A stretch of DNA of 64,000 bases from Gammaproteobacteria bacterium. GTDB lineage: Bacteria; Pseudomonadota; Gammaproteobacteria; Eutrophobiales; Eutrophobiaceae. Numbering within the stretch: position 1 is the first letter of the stretch; the number at the start of each line of letters is the position of its first letter. Of the stretch, positions 39,988 to 49,700 are shown piece by piece. The notes beneath the pieces were generated by a model, which saw nothing but the letters and a program-made list of their open reading frames with translations, was not told where the DNA came from and searched no databases. Location of the stretch: positions 2,560,001-2,624,000 of the forward strand of contig CBDCTH010000012.1 of NCBI GenBank assembly GCA_965222155.1, read 5' to 3'. A program made the translations under genes and the position numbers.

Positions 39988-40548
39988 GTTATGCTCCGGA
40001 TAGTAATATGAATTTTATTTCAGCATCCGCTGGGCCGGATGCCGCATACAGGTCAATTATAACAGGATCGGCCTGCACCTGCAGGGGATGCCGCGATCTA
40101 TGTCGCCCCGTCCCCGGGCACGCCCCTTTGTGCGCCTTGGTCCGGTCCGCGCTCCTGCCTGCTTGTCCTGCGTTGCGACACTGTGGGCCTTTGCGGCTCT
40201 GCCGTTCTCAGCCCGCTTTTACTGCCCTGCCAGTCGGCATCAGCCACACTGTTGTCCAGAAATCACATAGTGCCAAGAGGGGGTCAAGGGGGAGATCCCC
40301 CCTTGCCCGACCTTTTGAGCGAAGCGATAAAGGTTTACCGGGCTTTGGCGGGGCGAACGGAGTGAGGCACGGCGGTGATAAGATTTCATGTCATCGGGAC
40401 TGGGGAGATGGATAAGCGAAAAAGACAGGCTGAGAGTCTGCGGGCCATGAGGGCCTTAACGGCAGAATACAGGGGGCTGAGGTGTGGTGCGTTTTCCTGA
40501 GGGAAGGATTATAGCGTCTCTGGGCAGCACTATTGCAATCAGGTCAGT

Positions 40549-40592
40549 ATCGTGCCAGAATCGTGCCAATATCGTGCCAGAATCGTGCCAAT
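40549..40592 (+). repeat. Four tandem 11-bp repeats upstream of the Fic gene
   Basis: (ATCGTGCCAGA ATCGTGCCAAT)x2. Confidence 0.9.
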
Positions 40593-40620
40593 GATACGCC
40601 TTGCCAGGCAGGGACGGAGA

Positions 40621-42048
40621 ATGAAAAAGAATGATTTAACAGTGATATCAGAGATTGTTAACGCGGCTGATGAGGGCCTCAGCAGCGCTGATATCTATGC
40701 TGCCTTAAAGAAAAGGATGCAGGATGAAGCAGGCAGCCACAGATCGTTCTTGCGCAAACTGGCATCTCTCGTTGATGAAGGGAAAATCATTCGGACCGGG
40801 CGCGCGCGCGCCGTGCAATATAGGAAACCCGCCAGCGCACCGGCAGTTTCCGCAACGCCAGACGTTGCGCCGTATATCCCCGTGTCGGACGAGAGCAAGG
40901 AGATCATGGATTATGTGCGCAGGCCCGTCCAAGGCAGGGTCCCCGTCGGCTACCAGAGAGAATATCCAGAGAGTTACGAGCCAAACCGGACGTACTACCT
41001 GCCGGCTGACATCAGAACGCATTTACACAACATCGGGCAACTTGGAGATCGGGGACAGGTAGTCGGCGGTACCTACCCAACGTACCTGGTAAACAGGTTG
41101 TTAATAGATCTGTCCTGGGCGTCAAGCCGACTTGAAGGCAATACCTATTCGCTCCTGGACACCCAGAACCTGATTGAAGCCGGGCAGGTCAGCCAAGGGA
41201 AAGACCTCGCCGAAGCGACGATGATCCTGAATCACAAACGCGCCATAGAGATGTTAATCGAGGCAGCACGGGATATAGACTTCAACATGTACACTTTTCT
41301 GAACCTGCACGGCATATTGTCAGTCAATCTGCTGGGTAACCCGAATGACAGCGGGCGTTTGCGGGACAAGATCGTCGAGATAGGCGGCTCTGTATACATG
41401 CCGCTGGGGATCCCCCAACAGGTAGAGCAGTATTTCAGATTGATTCTGGACAAGGCCAGGGAAATAGGCGACCCGTTTGAGCAATCTTTCTTCGTGATGG
41501 TGCACATACCGTACCTGCAGCCCTTTACCGACGTCAACAAGCGGGTGTCAAGACTGGGCGCCAATATCCCGCTTATAAAAAACAGACTGTGTCCGTTGTC
41601 ATTCATCGACGTCCCTGAGAAATTCTATATTGAAGGGACATTGGGTGTATACGAATTAAACCAAATCAGCCTGCTGAGGGATGTGTTCGTCTGGGCCTAT
41701 GAGCGGTCATGCCAGCGTTACAACCTGTCAAAGGACTATGCTGCCGAACCTGATCCGTTTCTACATAAATACAGGCAAATGCTTGATTCAGTAATAGGCC
41801 GTATCGTCAGGAACCAACTTGCATCCACTGCACAATCCATTGCAGGCATGACAGAAGGACGTATCCCTGACGAAGATGCCGACAAGTTCATTACGATGGT
41901 TGACGATGAATTGCAGAATCTTCATGAAGGCAAGCTGAGCCGGTATCGTATACGCTTGCCAGAGTTTATCGAATGGAAACAACTGCAATCGGCGTCTCAC
42001 CCTGATGGCACGTCATCCCGTCCGCCCGGTCCGCCCACGGGGGGGTGA
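40621..42048 (+). CDS. Fic-family protein with N-terminal wHTH
   Basis: LSWASSRLEGNTYS, MILNHK, variant Fic motif YLQPFTDVNKRVSR. Confidence 0.9.
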   Translation: MKKNDLTVISEIVNAADEGLSSADIYAALKKRMQDEAGSHRSFLRKLASLVDEGKIIRTGRARAVQYRKPASAPAVSATPDVAPYIPVSDESKEIMDYVRRPVQGRVPVGYQREYPESYEPNRTYYLPADIRTHLHNIGQLGDRGQVVGGTYPTYLVNRLLIDLSWASSRLEGNTYSLLDTQNLIEAGQVSQGKDLAEATMILNHKRAIEMLIEAARDIDFNMYTFLNLHGILSVNLLGNPNDSGRLRDKIVEIGGSVYMPLGIPQQVEQYFRLILDKAREIGDPFEQSFFVMVHIPYLQPFTDVNKRVSRLGANIPLIKNRLCPLSFIDVPEKFYIEGTLGVYELNQISLLRDVFVWAYERSCQRYNLSKDYAAEPDPFLHKYRQMLDSVIGRIVRNQLASTAQSIAGMTEGRIPDEDADKFITMVDDELQNLHEGKLSRYRIRLPEFIEWKQLQSASHPDGTSSRPPGPPTGG

Positions 42049-42160
42049 ATTCGCGGTTCGACGAGCGCAGCCTGACACGGACAGCGGTTTTTCGGCAGGA
42101 CGAAGCAGGCATTGATACCTTGCTTTGACGGGGCGAACGCATACTTTAGAATCCGGGTTA

Positions 42161-42312
42161 TCGTCATTCCGGCGCAGGCCGGAATCCAGTCGAAAAAGAC
42201 GGTTCCTTATGGTAAAAGGTTGGTTTGTTAACTGGATTCCGGCCTGCGCCGGAATGACGAACTGAGTTATACAGCTGGTTTTCTATTCTTGACGGCCGGC
42301 GCCGGAATGACG
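42161..42312. repeat. CGTC-type REP doublet plus partial third REP
   Basis: CGTCATTCCGGCGCAGGCCGGAATCCAG ... CTGGATTCCGGCCTGCGCCGGAATGACG; near-identical to 46401-46481. Confidence 0.9.
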
Positions 42313-42316
42313 AACT

Positions 42317-42430
42317 CAGGGCAACCGCATACTTTTTTATATCTATTATAAGGACTGTCCAAATAGAATCTCCGCCTGTCTCGTATCACTCCACCCGGCC
42401 TGCTTGAGCTTCCCCCGCATACTGTTCTTG
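42317..42430 (-). mobile_element. Isolated ISAs1 right-end fragment
   Basis: Reverse complement of about 46300-46394 (KNSMRGKLKQAGW and CAGGGCAACCGCATAC end). Confidence 0.85.
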
Positions 42431-42436
42431 TATGGA

Positions 42437-42521
42437 GGGGACAGATTTAAATCTGTCCCCGCTGTCTTCGAATCCGGCAAGAATCACTGTGTTGACTTCG
42501 AGTTAGCGGGAGCACCTGCTG
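42437..42521 (-). repeat. Partial copy of the 28507 MITE
   Basis: GGGGACAGATTTAAATCTGTCCCC...GAGTTAGCGGGAGCACCTGCTG. Confidence 0.85.
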
Positions 42522-42645
42522 GCAAGTTGACTAACCGATTGATACAAACAGACATGGACATCCTTAAAATGATAAAGTTTTATGTATCGGCATCAATGGG
42601 TTTCGGTTAACATCGTTTCCAGGTCTGCCGGACAGTTCAACTGCC

Positions 42646-44664
42646 ATGAGATCAAGTTCATTAATTCGACGTTATATTGTCTTTCTGGGCGTATGTTTCC
42701 TCTGTGCCTGTACAGGGGAACACACGCCGGACGAAACCGCGGTTCCTGCACCGGTGATCCAAAAGACGATGCTGGAAGCGGGTACCGATACGGATGTCGC
42801 TTATTACGGTTTAAGCCAGGACCTGAAACGAAATTCCGATCTCAGTCAGATCAATACCGAGACGGTGCAAAGACTGGCGCCGTTGTGGACGCTCTCGCTC
42901 GGTGAAAATCACGGCCTTCAAACCCAGCCATTGGTCATTGACGGGGTGATGTACGTCACAACCCATGATTCGACCCATGCTATTGACGCCAGGACCGGCC
43001 GGCAAATCTGGAAAACCTTATCGGAATATTCACAGAAAACAGTGAACTGTTGCGGTTTCGCCAATCGCGGTCTGGCATTCCATAACGGCAAACTGTACAG
43101 GACCAATATCGATAATCGCATCCTGGCGATTGACCCTGTCAATGGCGCTATCCTCTGGGAGAAAAACGTGATCGATCCATCGCTCGGATACAGTATGACC
43201 AGCGCGCCGTTGATTGCAAACGACGTGCTGATTACCGGAATCGGCGGGGCGGAGTTCGGCGCGCCCGGGTTCCTGGATGGCTGGGACACGGAGACAGGGG
43301 AACACCTGTGGCGTTTTAATACGATCCCCGAACCCGGCGAACCGGGCAGTGAAACCTGGCCCGGCGAGACCTGGCGCCAAGGCGGTGGTGGTACCTGGCT
43401 GATCGGTTCCTATGATGCGGAACTTGACCTGGTCTACTGGGGAGTAGGCAATCCGGCGCCCTGGAGCGCACAAAACCGTCGCGGAGATAACCTCTACACC
43501 AGTAGTATGCTGGCTATAAGGCCGAAATCCGGGGAGCTGGTCTGGTATTTTCAATTCACCCCTAATGACACGGTGGATTATGACGGAAACAATGAACCCA
43601 TACTGACTGAACTCCAGGTTGATGGAGAATTAAGGAAAGTACTCATTCAGGCCAACCGTAACGGTTTCTTCTATGTACTGGACAGGACTAACGGAGAATT
43701 CATCGGCGCCAATCCTTTTGTGGAAAAGGTCACCTGGACAGATGGCCTGGATAGCGAAACCGGCAGGCCATCCCGATCCAATTCCATTGAACATATGCTG
43801 GAGACGGGAGAGCCTACCGAAATCTGGCCCACAGCGATGGGCGCGAAAAATCTGGCGCCTATGTCATACAGTCCTGACACGGGACTGGCTTATCTAAACG
43901 CGATTAATATGGGCTGGATATATACACCTGTCCAACAGGAATTCAAGCTCGGCGCCCCCTACTATTCCATTGAATTTGAATGGATAGATACCGATGGCGC
44001 AAAAGGGGAATTAAAAGCCATCGAGCCTTTGTCCGGCAAAACGGTATGGAGTTTTCCGACACAGGTTCCCATGAACGGCGGCACCCTGGTCACGGCAGGT
44101 GATCTCGTTTTTTCCGGTGCCCAGACCGGTGAGTTTTATGCTTTCCATGCGCAGACCGGCGAGAAACTCTGGGAGTATCGCACCGGTTCAGGGATTATTG
44201 CGCCACCGGTTACCTACCGGCTTGACGGCAAGCAGTACGTAGCGATTGCCAGCGGCCTCGGTGGTGTTTACGCGGCGGTATCCGGGGACCCTTATTTAAA
44301 AAATATCAATCCGGGGGGTGCAATCTGGGTGTTTGCATTGAATGATTCCCCGGCGGCGCGGACGCCTGAAGCAACATCCCTGTTGCCTCCGCCCGTTCAT
44401 GATGTTGCAAATCTAATAGCCTCGGCCCAGGTCTCAGAAGGCAGGGTTTTGTACAACCGAAATTGCGCACACTGCCACGGTGTCGATATGGTCACTGCCG
44501 GCAACAATTATGATTTGATCCAATTCCCCAAAAATAGTGAACAACGGTTTATTTCAGCCATCGTCGACGGCAAAGGCAATATGCCGGCCTGGGGGAATAA
44601 GTTGAATCAAACCGAATTGAAAACAATTTATGCTTATGTGAATGCCAAATGTTGCGGGGGATAA
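42646..44664 (+). CDS. PQQ-dependent alcohol dehydrogenase family lipoprotein with C-terminal cytochrome c
   Basis: Lipobox LCAC, vicinal CC, GGAEFG, WGVGNPAPW, DYDGNNE, NRNGFFYVLDR, heme motif CAHCH. Confidence 0.93.
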   Translation: MRSSSLIRRYIVFLGVCFLCACTGEHTPDETAVPAPVIQKTMLEAGTDTDVAYYGLSQDLKRNSDLSQINTETVQRLAPLWTLSLGENHGLQTQPLVIDGVMYVTTHDSTHAIDARTGRQIWKTLSEYSQKTVNCCGFANRGLAFHNGKLYRTNIDNRILAIDPVNGAILWEKNVIDPSLGYSMTSAPLIANDVLITGIGGAEFGAPGFLDGWDTETGEHLWRFNTIPEPGEPGSETWPGETWRQGGGGTWLIGSYDAELDLVYWGVGNPAPWSAQNRRGDNLYTSSMLAIRPKSGELVWYFQFTPNDTVDYDGNNEPILTELQVDGELRKVLIQANRNGFFYVLDRTNGEFIGANPFVEKVTWTDGLDSETGRPSRSNSIEHMLETGEPTEIWPTAMGAKNLAPMSYSPDTGLAYLNAINMGWIYTPVQQEFKLGAPYYSIEFEWIDTDGAKGELKAIEPLSGKTVWSFPTQVPMNGGTLVTAGDLVFSGAQTGEFYAFHAQTGEKLWEYRTGSGIIAPPVTYRLDGKQYVAIASGLGGVYAAVSGDPYLKNINPGGAIWVFALNDSPAARTPEATSLLPPPVHDVANLIASAQVSEGRVLYNRNCAHCHGVDMVTAGNNYDLIQFPKNSEQRFISAIVDGKGNMPAWGNKLNQTELKTIYAYVNAKCCGG

Positions 44665-44676
44665 TAGGGTTACAGT

Positions 44677-45111
44677 ATGTCAGTTGAAGAGAATAAAGAA
44701 ATCGTAAGGGGCTATTTCGCAGAAGTTGTTGATAAACTCAACATCGACCTCTTGGATCAATACTATACCGATGCTTGTATTATCCATCGCCCGGAAGTAT
44801 CGAAACCCATAATTGGTATCGAAAATTTCAAGGTCGGCCTTTCAAGGGTTATTGACAGCTACAGTTCAATAAAAACGACTATTTACGAGATGTTCGGCTC
44901 AGATGATCGCATCTCCTGCCGGTTGAGCCACTTGGCTGTTCACCGCGATAACTGGAAAAGCCGGATCGGTTATCACGAGGTGGCCGGGAAAACGGTGGGT
45001 TGGTGCGCCATCACAAACTTCAGAATCGAAGGGAATAAAATCGCAGAAGAATGGGTCTGTCGCGATGAACTGGGCATGTTGATCGAACTGGGCGTTATAG
45101 ACGTAGAATAA
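44677..45111 (+). CDS. SnoaL-like ester cyclase / NTF2-fold protein
   Basis: MSVEENKEIVR, GNKIAEEW..RDELGMLIELG. Confidence 0.85.
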   Translation: MSVEENKEIVRGYFAEVVDKLNIDLLDQYYTDACIIHRPEVSKPIIGIENFKVGLSRVIDSYSSIKTTIYEMFGSDDRISCRLSHLAVHRDNWKSRIGYHEVAGKTVGWCAITNFRIEGNKIAEEWVCRDELGMLIELGVIDVE

Positions 45112-45174
45112 TCAGTGAACCTAAGGATGTTGTGGGGATCATAGCAGTATTCACCCCAAACAGAGGAGAAAACC

Positions 45175-46394
45175 ATGAGTTTACTTGCATGTGGCCACGA
45201 TTGATGACCCGCGTCGTGATATCAATGTGAACCATCCGTTGTTGGACAGTCTGTTTTTGACAGTGAGTGCGGTGCTGTCGGGGGCGGCGGGCTGGAAAGA
45301 CATCAAGGATTTTGGTGATGAGAAGCTGGCTTGGTTGCGCCGCTACCGGCCATTTGCTAACGGGATACCGGTGGATGATACAATTGCGCGGGGGGTACGG
45401 GCGCTGGACCCGGTGCAGTTCAACCGGGCGTTTTTGAATTGGGTGAATGCGGTCCGGCGTGAGCAGGGCCAGGCGCAGATTGCCCTGGCTGGGAAGACCT
45501 CAGCAAAGTTCCCATGACGGGGAAAGGCAGGCGGCCTTGCACCGCATCACGGCCTGGGGTCATGCGTGCGGGCTGGTGCTGGCACAGATGACGTCGAAGG
45601 GGAAGAAGAACGAGCAGGCATCGGTGTTGGAGCTGTTGGATAGGTTGCACGTCAAGGGAGCGCATAGTACTGCGGATGCGATGAACACGCAGAAGAAGAT
45701 TGCCCGGAAGATACACGAGAAGGGGGGCGATTACACGTTGTGTCTGAAGGCTAATCATGGGCTATTGCATGAGGAAATAAAGGCGTACTTTCATAGCGTC
45801 CATCCCCCTGCTCAACTCCATACAGGGGCAGGCTCTGGACGCTACCCGATGGGCGGCTGGCGCCGTGCAAATCGTCTGTCCTGACGATTTGTCATAAGGT
45901 TACGCGCGCTGAGCCGGCGACATTGGCGGTGTAGAGGTAAGTCGATGGGGGGCATGGCCGGGTGGCGCGGCGTGTCTGTCGGCAACTGCGGGTGACGGCA
46001 TGGAGTAGTGAGGCAACCAAGTGGCCGGGATTGCAAACGGTGATTGAGAGGGCGCGGGAACGACACCTGCCGGGGAAAGACATGGAGACCGAGACGCAGT
46101 ACTCTATCAGTTCCCTGCCGGTGGCTGCGGTGCGGGTGGCGCGCGGGATACGTCAGCATTGGGAGGTAGAGAACAAGGCGCATTGGGTGTTGGACGTGGC
46201 GTTCAAGGAAGATGACTGTCGGCTACGACGGGGCAATGGGGCGGAGAACGTGGGGATAATCCGGCGCTTCTGCTTGAACCTGGCGCGGCGGTATCCGCAG
46301 AAGAACAGTATGCGGGGGAAACTCAAGCAGGCCGGGTGGAGATTCTATTTGGGCAGTCCTCATAATAGATATAAAAAAGTATGCGGTTGCCCTG
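45175..46394 (+). pseudogene. Degraded ISAs1-family transposase with intact right end
   Basis: DPRR, GIPVDDT, IALAGKT, TADAM, LKAN, RQHWEVENKAHWVLDV spread over several frames; repeat insertion near 45790-45895; end GTATGCGGTTGCCCTG. Confidence 0.9.
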
Positions 46395-46400
46395 CTCAGT

Positions 46401-46681
46401 TCGTCATTCCGGCGCAGGCCGGAATCCAGTCGAAAAAGACAGTTCCTTATGGTAAAAGGTTGGTTTGTTAACTGGATTTCCATCCTTGGTTCCGTTGACG
46501 GTTATACCTTCGTCGTCATACCGGGCTTGTCCACTGTCGTCATACCGGGCTTGTCCCGGTATCCAGTGTGATGCTGTGTCGCCGGAGGCGACTCATTGTC
46601 ATACTGGATACCGGCATTCGCCGGAATGACGGCCGGGGGCAGGCGCCGGAATGACGGCCGGGGGCAGGCGTCGGTATGACG
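46401..46681. repeat. Cluster of CGTC-type REPs with partial tandem duplications
   Basis: GTCGTCATACCGGGCTTGTCC x2, CTGGATACCGGCATTCGCCGGAATGACG, GCCGGAATGACGGCCGGGGGCAGGCG x2. Confidence 0.85.
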
Positions 46682-46792
46682 ATAGCCCGGATTCTAAAGT
46701 ATGCGTTCGCCCTGTCATAGGTACTGAACCCGGACAAAGAGATTGACTTTGCATGAAGCAGCAGGATAGAGTATGCCGACTATGATTAGGGG

Positions 46793-49700
46793 ATGGACAG
46801 CCGCATGGCAATAGACCTGAACGGTCGCGTGATGCGCCGTGGCCTGCCTGACGGGGCAGAGTTCGGCACGGCCAACGCTGCCGGTTGCAGTGCTGACTCA
46901 CTGAGGCGGCCGCTGCGCGGCGTCCCGCGCCCAGCCTCCTTTACCCCCCCCCCATGAGATAACAGGTCGCCGGCGCGGCGCTGCCGCTTCTCCGCGCGCG
47001 CAGGTAGCGGGCGCCGGGAGGGCGTCGGCCAGGACGGGGCTATCCAACCGGTTACGGCGCGGGGTCTTGTGCGCCCTGGCGTTCATGACGCTGATGTGCG
47101 GGCCGACCGTGCCGGCCTGGGCGCAGTCGGTACTTCCCGCTCCGACCCTCACGCCCGGCAATCGGCAGATCACGGTGGAGTGGACTGAACCCAGCGACAG
47201 CGCGGGCCTCAACCGAGAGACTGAAATAGGCTACCAAATCACATACCGCCCCGGCACGACCGGCAATTGGTTGGTCGCCTACAAAGAGGGCACCACCACC
47301 AGCACGACCCTCACGGGCTTGACCAACGGCCAGAGCTACCAGGTGGGAGTGATAGTCATCTATGCCCTTGGGACAGGGCGAAGCCCAGCTGCCTATCCAA
47401 TCGTCAGCGCCACACCCCGGGCGCCCCGGAAGCCCGACGCGCCGGACGCCCCGAGGCTGACGCCCGGCAACGAGCAGCTGACGGTGTCGTGGACCGCCCC
47501 GTCCGACAACGGCGCGGCCATCAGCGACTACGACGTGCAGTACAAGCTGAGCAGCGTCACCGGCTGGACGGATGCCAACTACGACGGCACCGGCACCAGC
47601 ACAACCATCTCCAGCCTGACCAACGGCCAGAGCTACGACGTGCAGGTGCGCGCCACCAACTCTGTGGACTCGAGTGACTGGTCGACCTCCACCACGGACA
47701 CGCCGACGGACGTGGCGCCCGGCAAACCGGCGACCCCGACGGTCACCGTGCTGGGCGCCACCTCGCTGCGGGTAAGCTGGGCGGCGCCGGCCAACACAGG
47801 CAGTGCCCTCACCGGCTACACGCTGCAACAGAGCGCAAACAGCGGCGTCAACTGGAGTACGGTATCGGGCGTGAGCGGGACGAGCCACGACGTGACGAGC
47901 CTGACGCCGGGGACGTCGTATGTGTTCCGGGTACGGGCAACCAACGGTGCGGGGGCCGGAGACTGGTCGGATGCGTCATCGCCGGCCACCCCCGCGGCGG
48001 CACCGGCGGCGCCCGCCATCCCCAACCTCGCGCCCGGCGACGGGCAGCTGACGGTGTCGTGGAGCACGCCGGCCGCCAACGGCGCCGCCATCTCGGACTA
48101 CGACGTGCAGTACAAGCTGGGCAGCGTCACCGGCTGGACGGATGCCAACTACGACGGCACCGGCACCAGCACGACCCTCTCCAGCCTGACCAACGGCCAG
48201 CCCTACGACGTGCAGGTGCGGGCGAAGAACAGCGTGGGCTGGGGCGGCTGGTCACCCAGTGCCAGCGCCACGCCGGCCACCACTGCTACGGTGCCCGCCG
48301 CGCCGGCGCCGGCACCAGCACAACCCTCCCCAACCTCACCAACGGCCAGCGCTACGACGTGCAGGTGCGGGCCAAAAACGCCGTGGGCTGGAGTGACTGG
48401 TCGACCGCCGCCGCGGCGACGCCGGATGCGAAGCCGGGCAAACCGGCGGCCCCGACGGTCACCGTGCAGAGCGCCACCTCGCTACGGGTGAACTGGGCGA
48501 CACCGACCAACACGGGCACTGTCATCACCGGCTACACGCTGCAACAGAGCGCAAACAACGGGACAGACTGGAGTCCGGTGTCGGGCGTAAGCGGGACGAG
48601 TCACGACGTGACGGGCCTGACACCGGGGGTCGCGTATGTGTTCCGGGTACTGGCAACCAATGCGGCGGGGGCCGGGGCCTGGTCGGATTCGTCATCGCCA
48701 GCCACCCCCGCGGCGGCACCGACGGCGCCCGCCATCCCCAACCTCGCGCCCGGCGACGGGCAGCTGACGGTGTCGTGGAGCGCGCCGGCCGCCAACGGCG
48801 CGGACATCTCGGACTACGACGTGCAGTACCGCGCCGGCAACAGTGGCCCGTGGACGAACGCCCACTATGACGGCACCGGCACCAGCACGACCCTCGACGG
48901 TCTGACCAACGGCCAGCGCTACGACGTGCAGGTGCGGGCCAAAAACGCCGTGGGCTGGAGTGACTGGTCGACCGCCGCCGCGGCGACGCCGGATGCGAAG
49001 CCGGGCAAACCGGCTGCCCCGACGGTCACCGTGCTGGGCGCCACCTCGCTGCGGGTGAACTGGACGGCGCCGGCCAACACGGGCAGCGCCCTCACCGGCT
49101 ACACGCTGCAACAGCGCGCGAACAACGGGACAGACTGGAGTCCGGTGTCGGGAGTAAGCGGGACGAGTCACGACGTGACGGGCCTGACACCGGGGACCGC
49201 CCATGTGTTCCGGGTACTGGCCACCAATGCGGCGGGGGACGGGGCCTGGTCGGATTCGTCATCGCCGGTCACCCCCTCGGCTGCGCCGGCGGCGCCCGCC
49301 GCCCCCGCGATCCCGACCCTGAGGCCCGGCGACCGGCAGCTCGAGGTGTCATGGCACGCGCCCGGCAGCGACGGCGGCTCGACCATCACGGGCTACAATA
49401 TCCAGTACCGCGCCGGCGCGAGCGGCGCCTGGACCCGCCACGGCGCCACTGATGCTGGCAGCACCACCACAACCATTTCCGGCCTGACCAACGGCCAGGA
49501 CTACCAGGTGCAGGTGCGGGCGGTGAACGCGCAGGGCGCGGGCCCCTGGTCAGCCAGCGCCACGGCCACGCCTGCGTCCGCAACGACGCCCCCTGAGCCT
49601 GTCACCCCCCCTGGACCCGGCACCAGCACCAGCACCCCCGAAATCACCCGCTTCGAGGCCACGCCACTCAGGGACGGCAAGTCAACCCTGAGTTGGGCGG

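Noticed and set aside
39981-40415. 144-aa ORF upstream of the Fic gene
   Set aside because: No family motif, overlaps the GFA start, and has low-complexity composition
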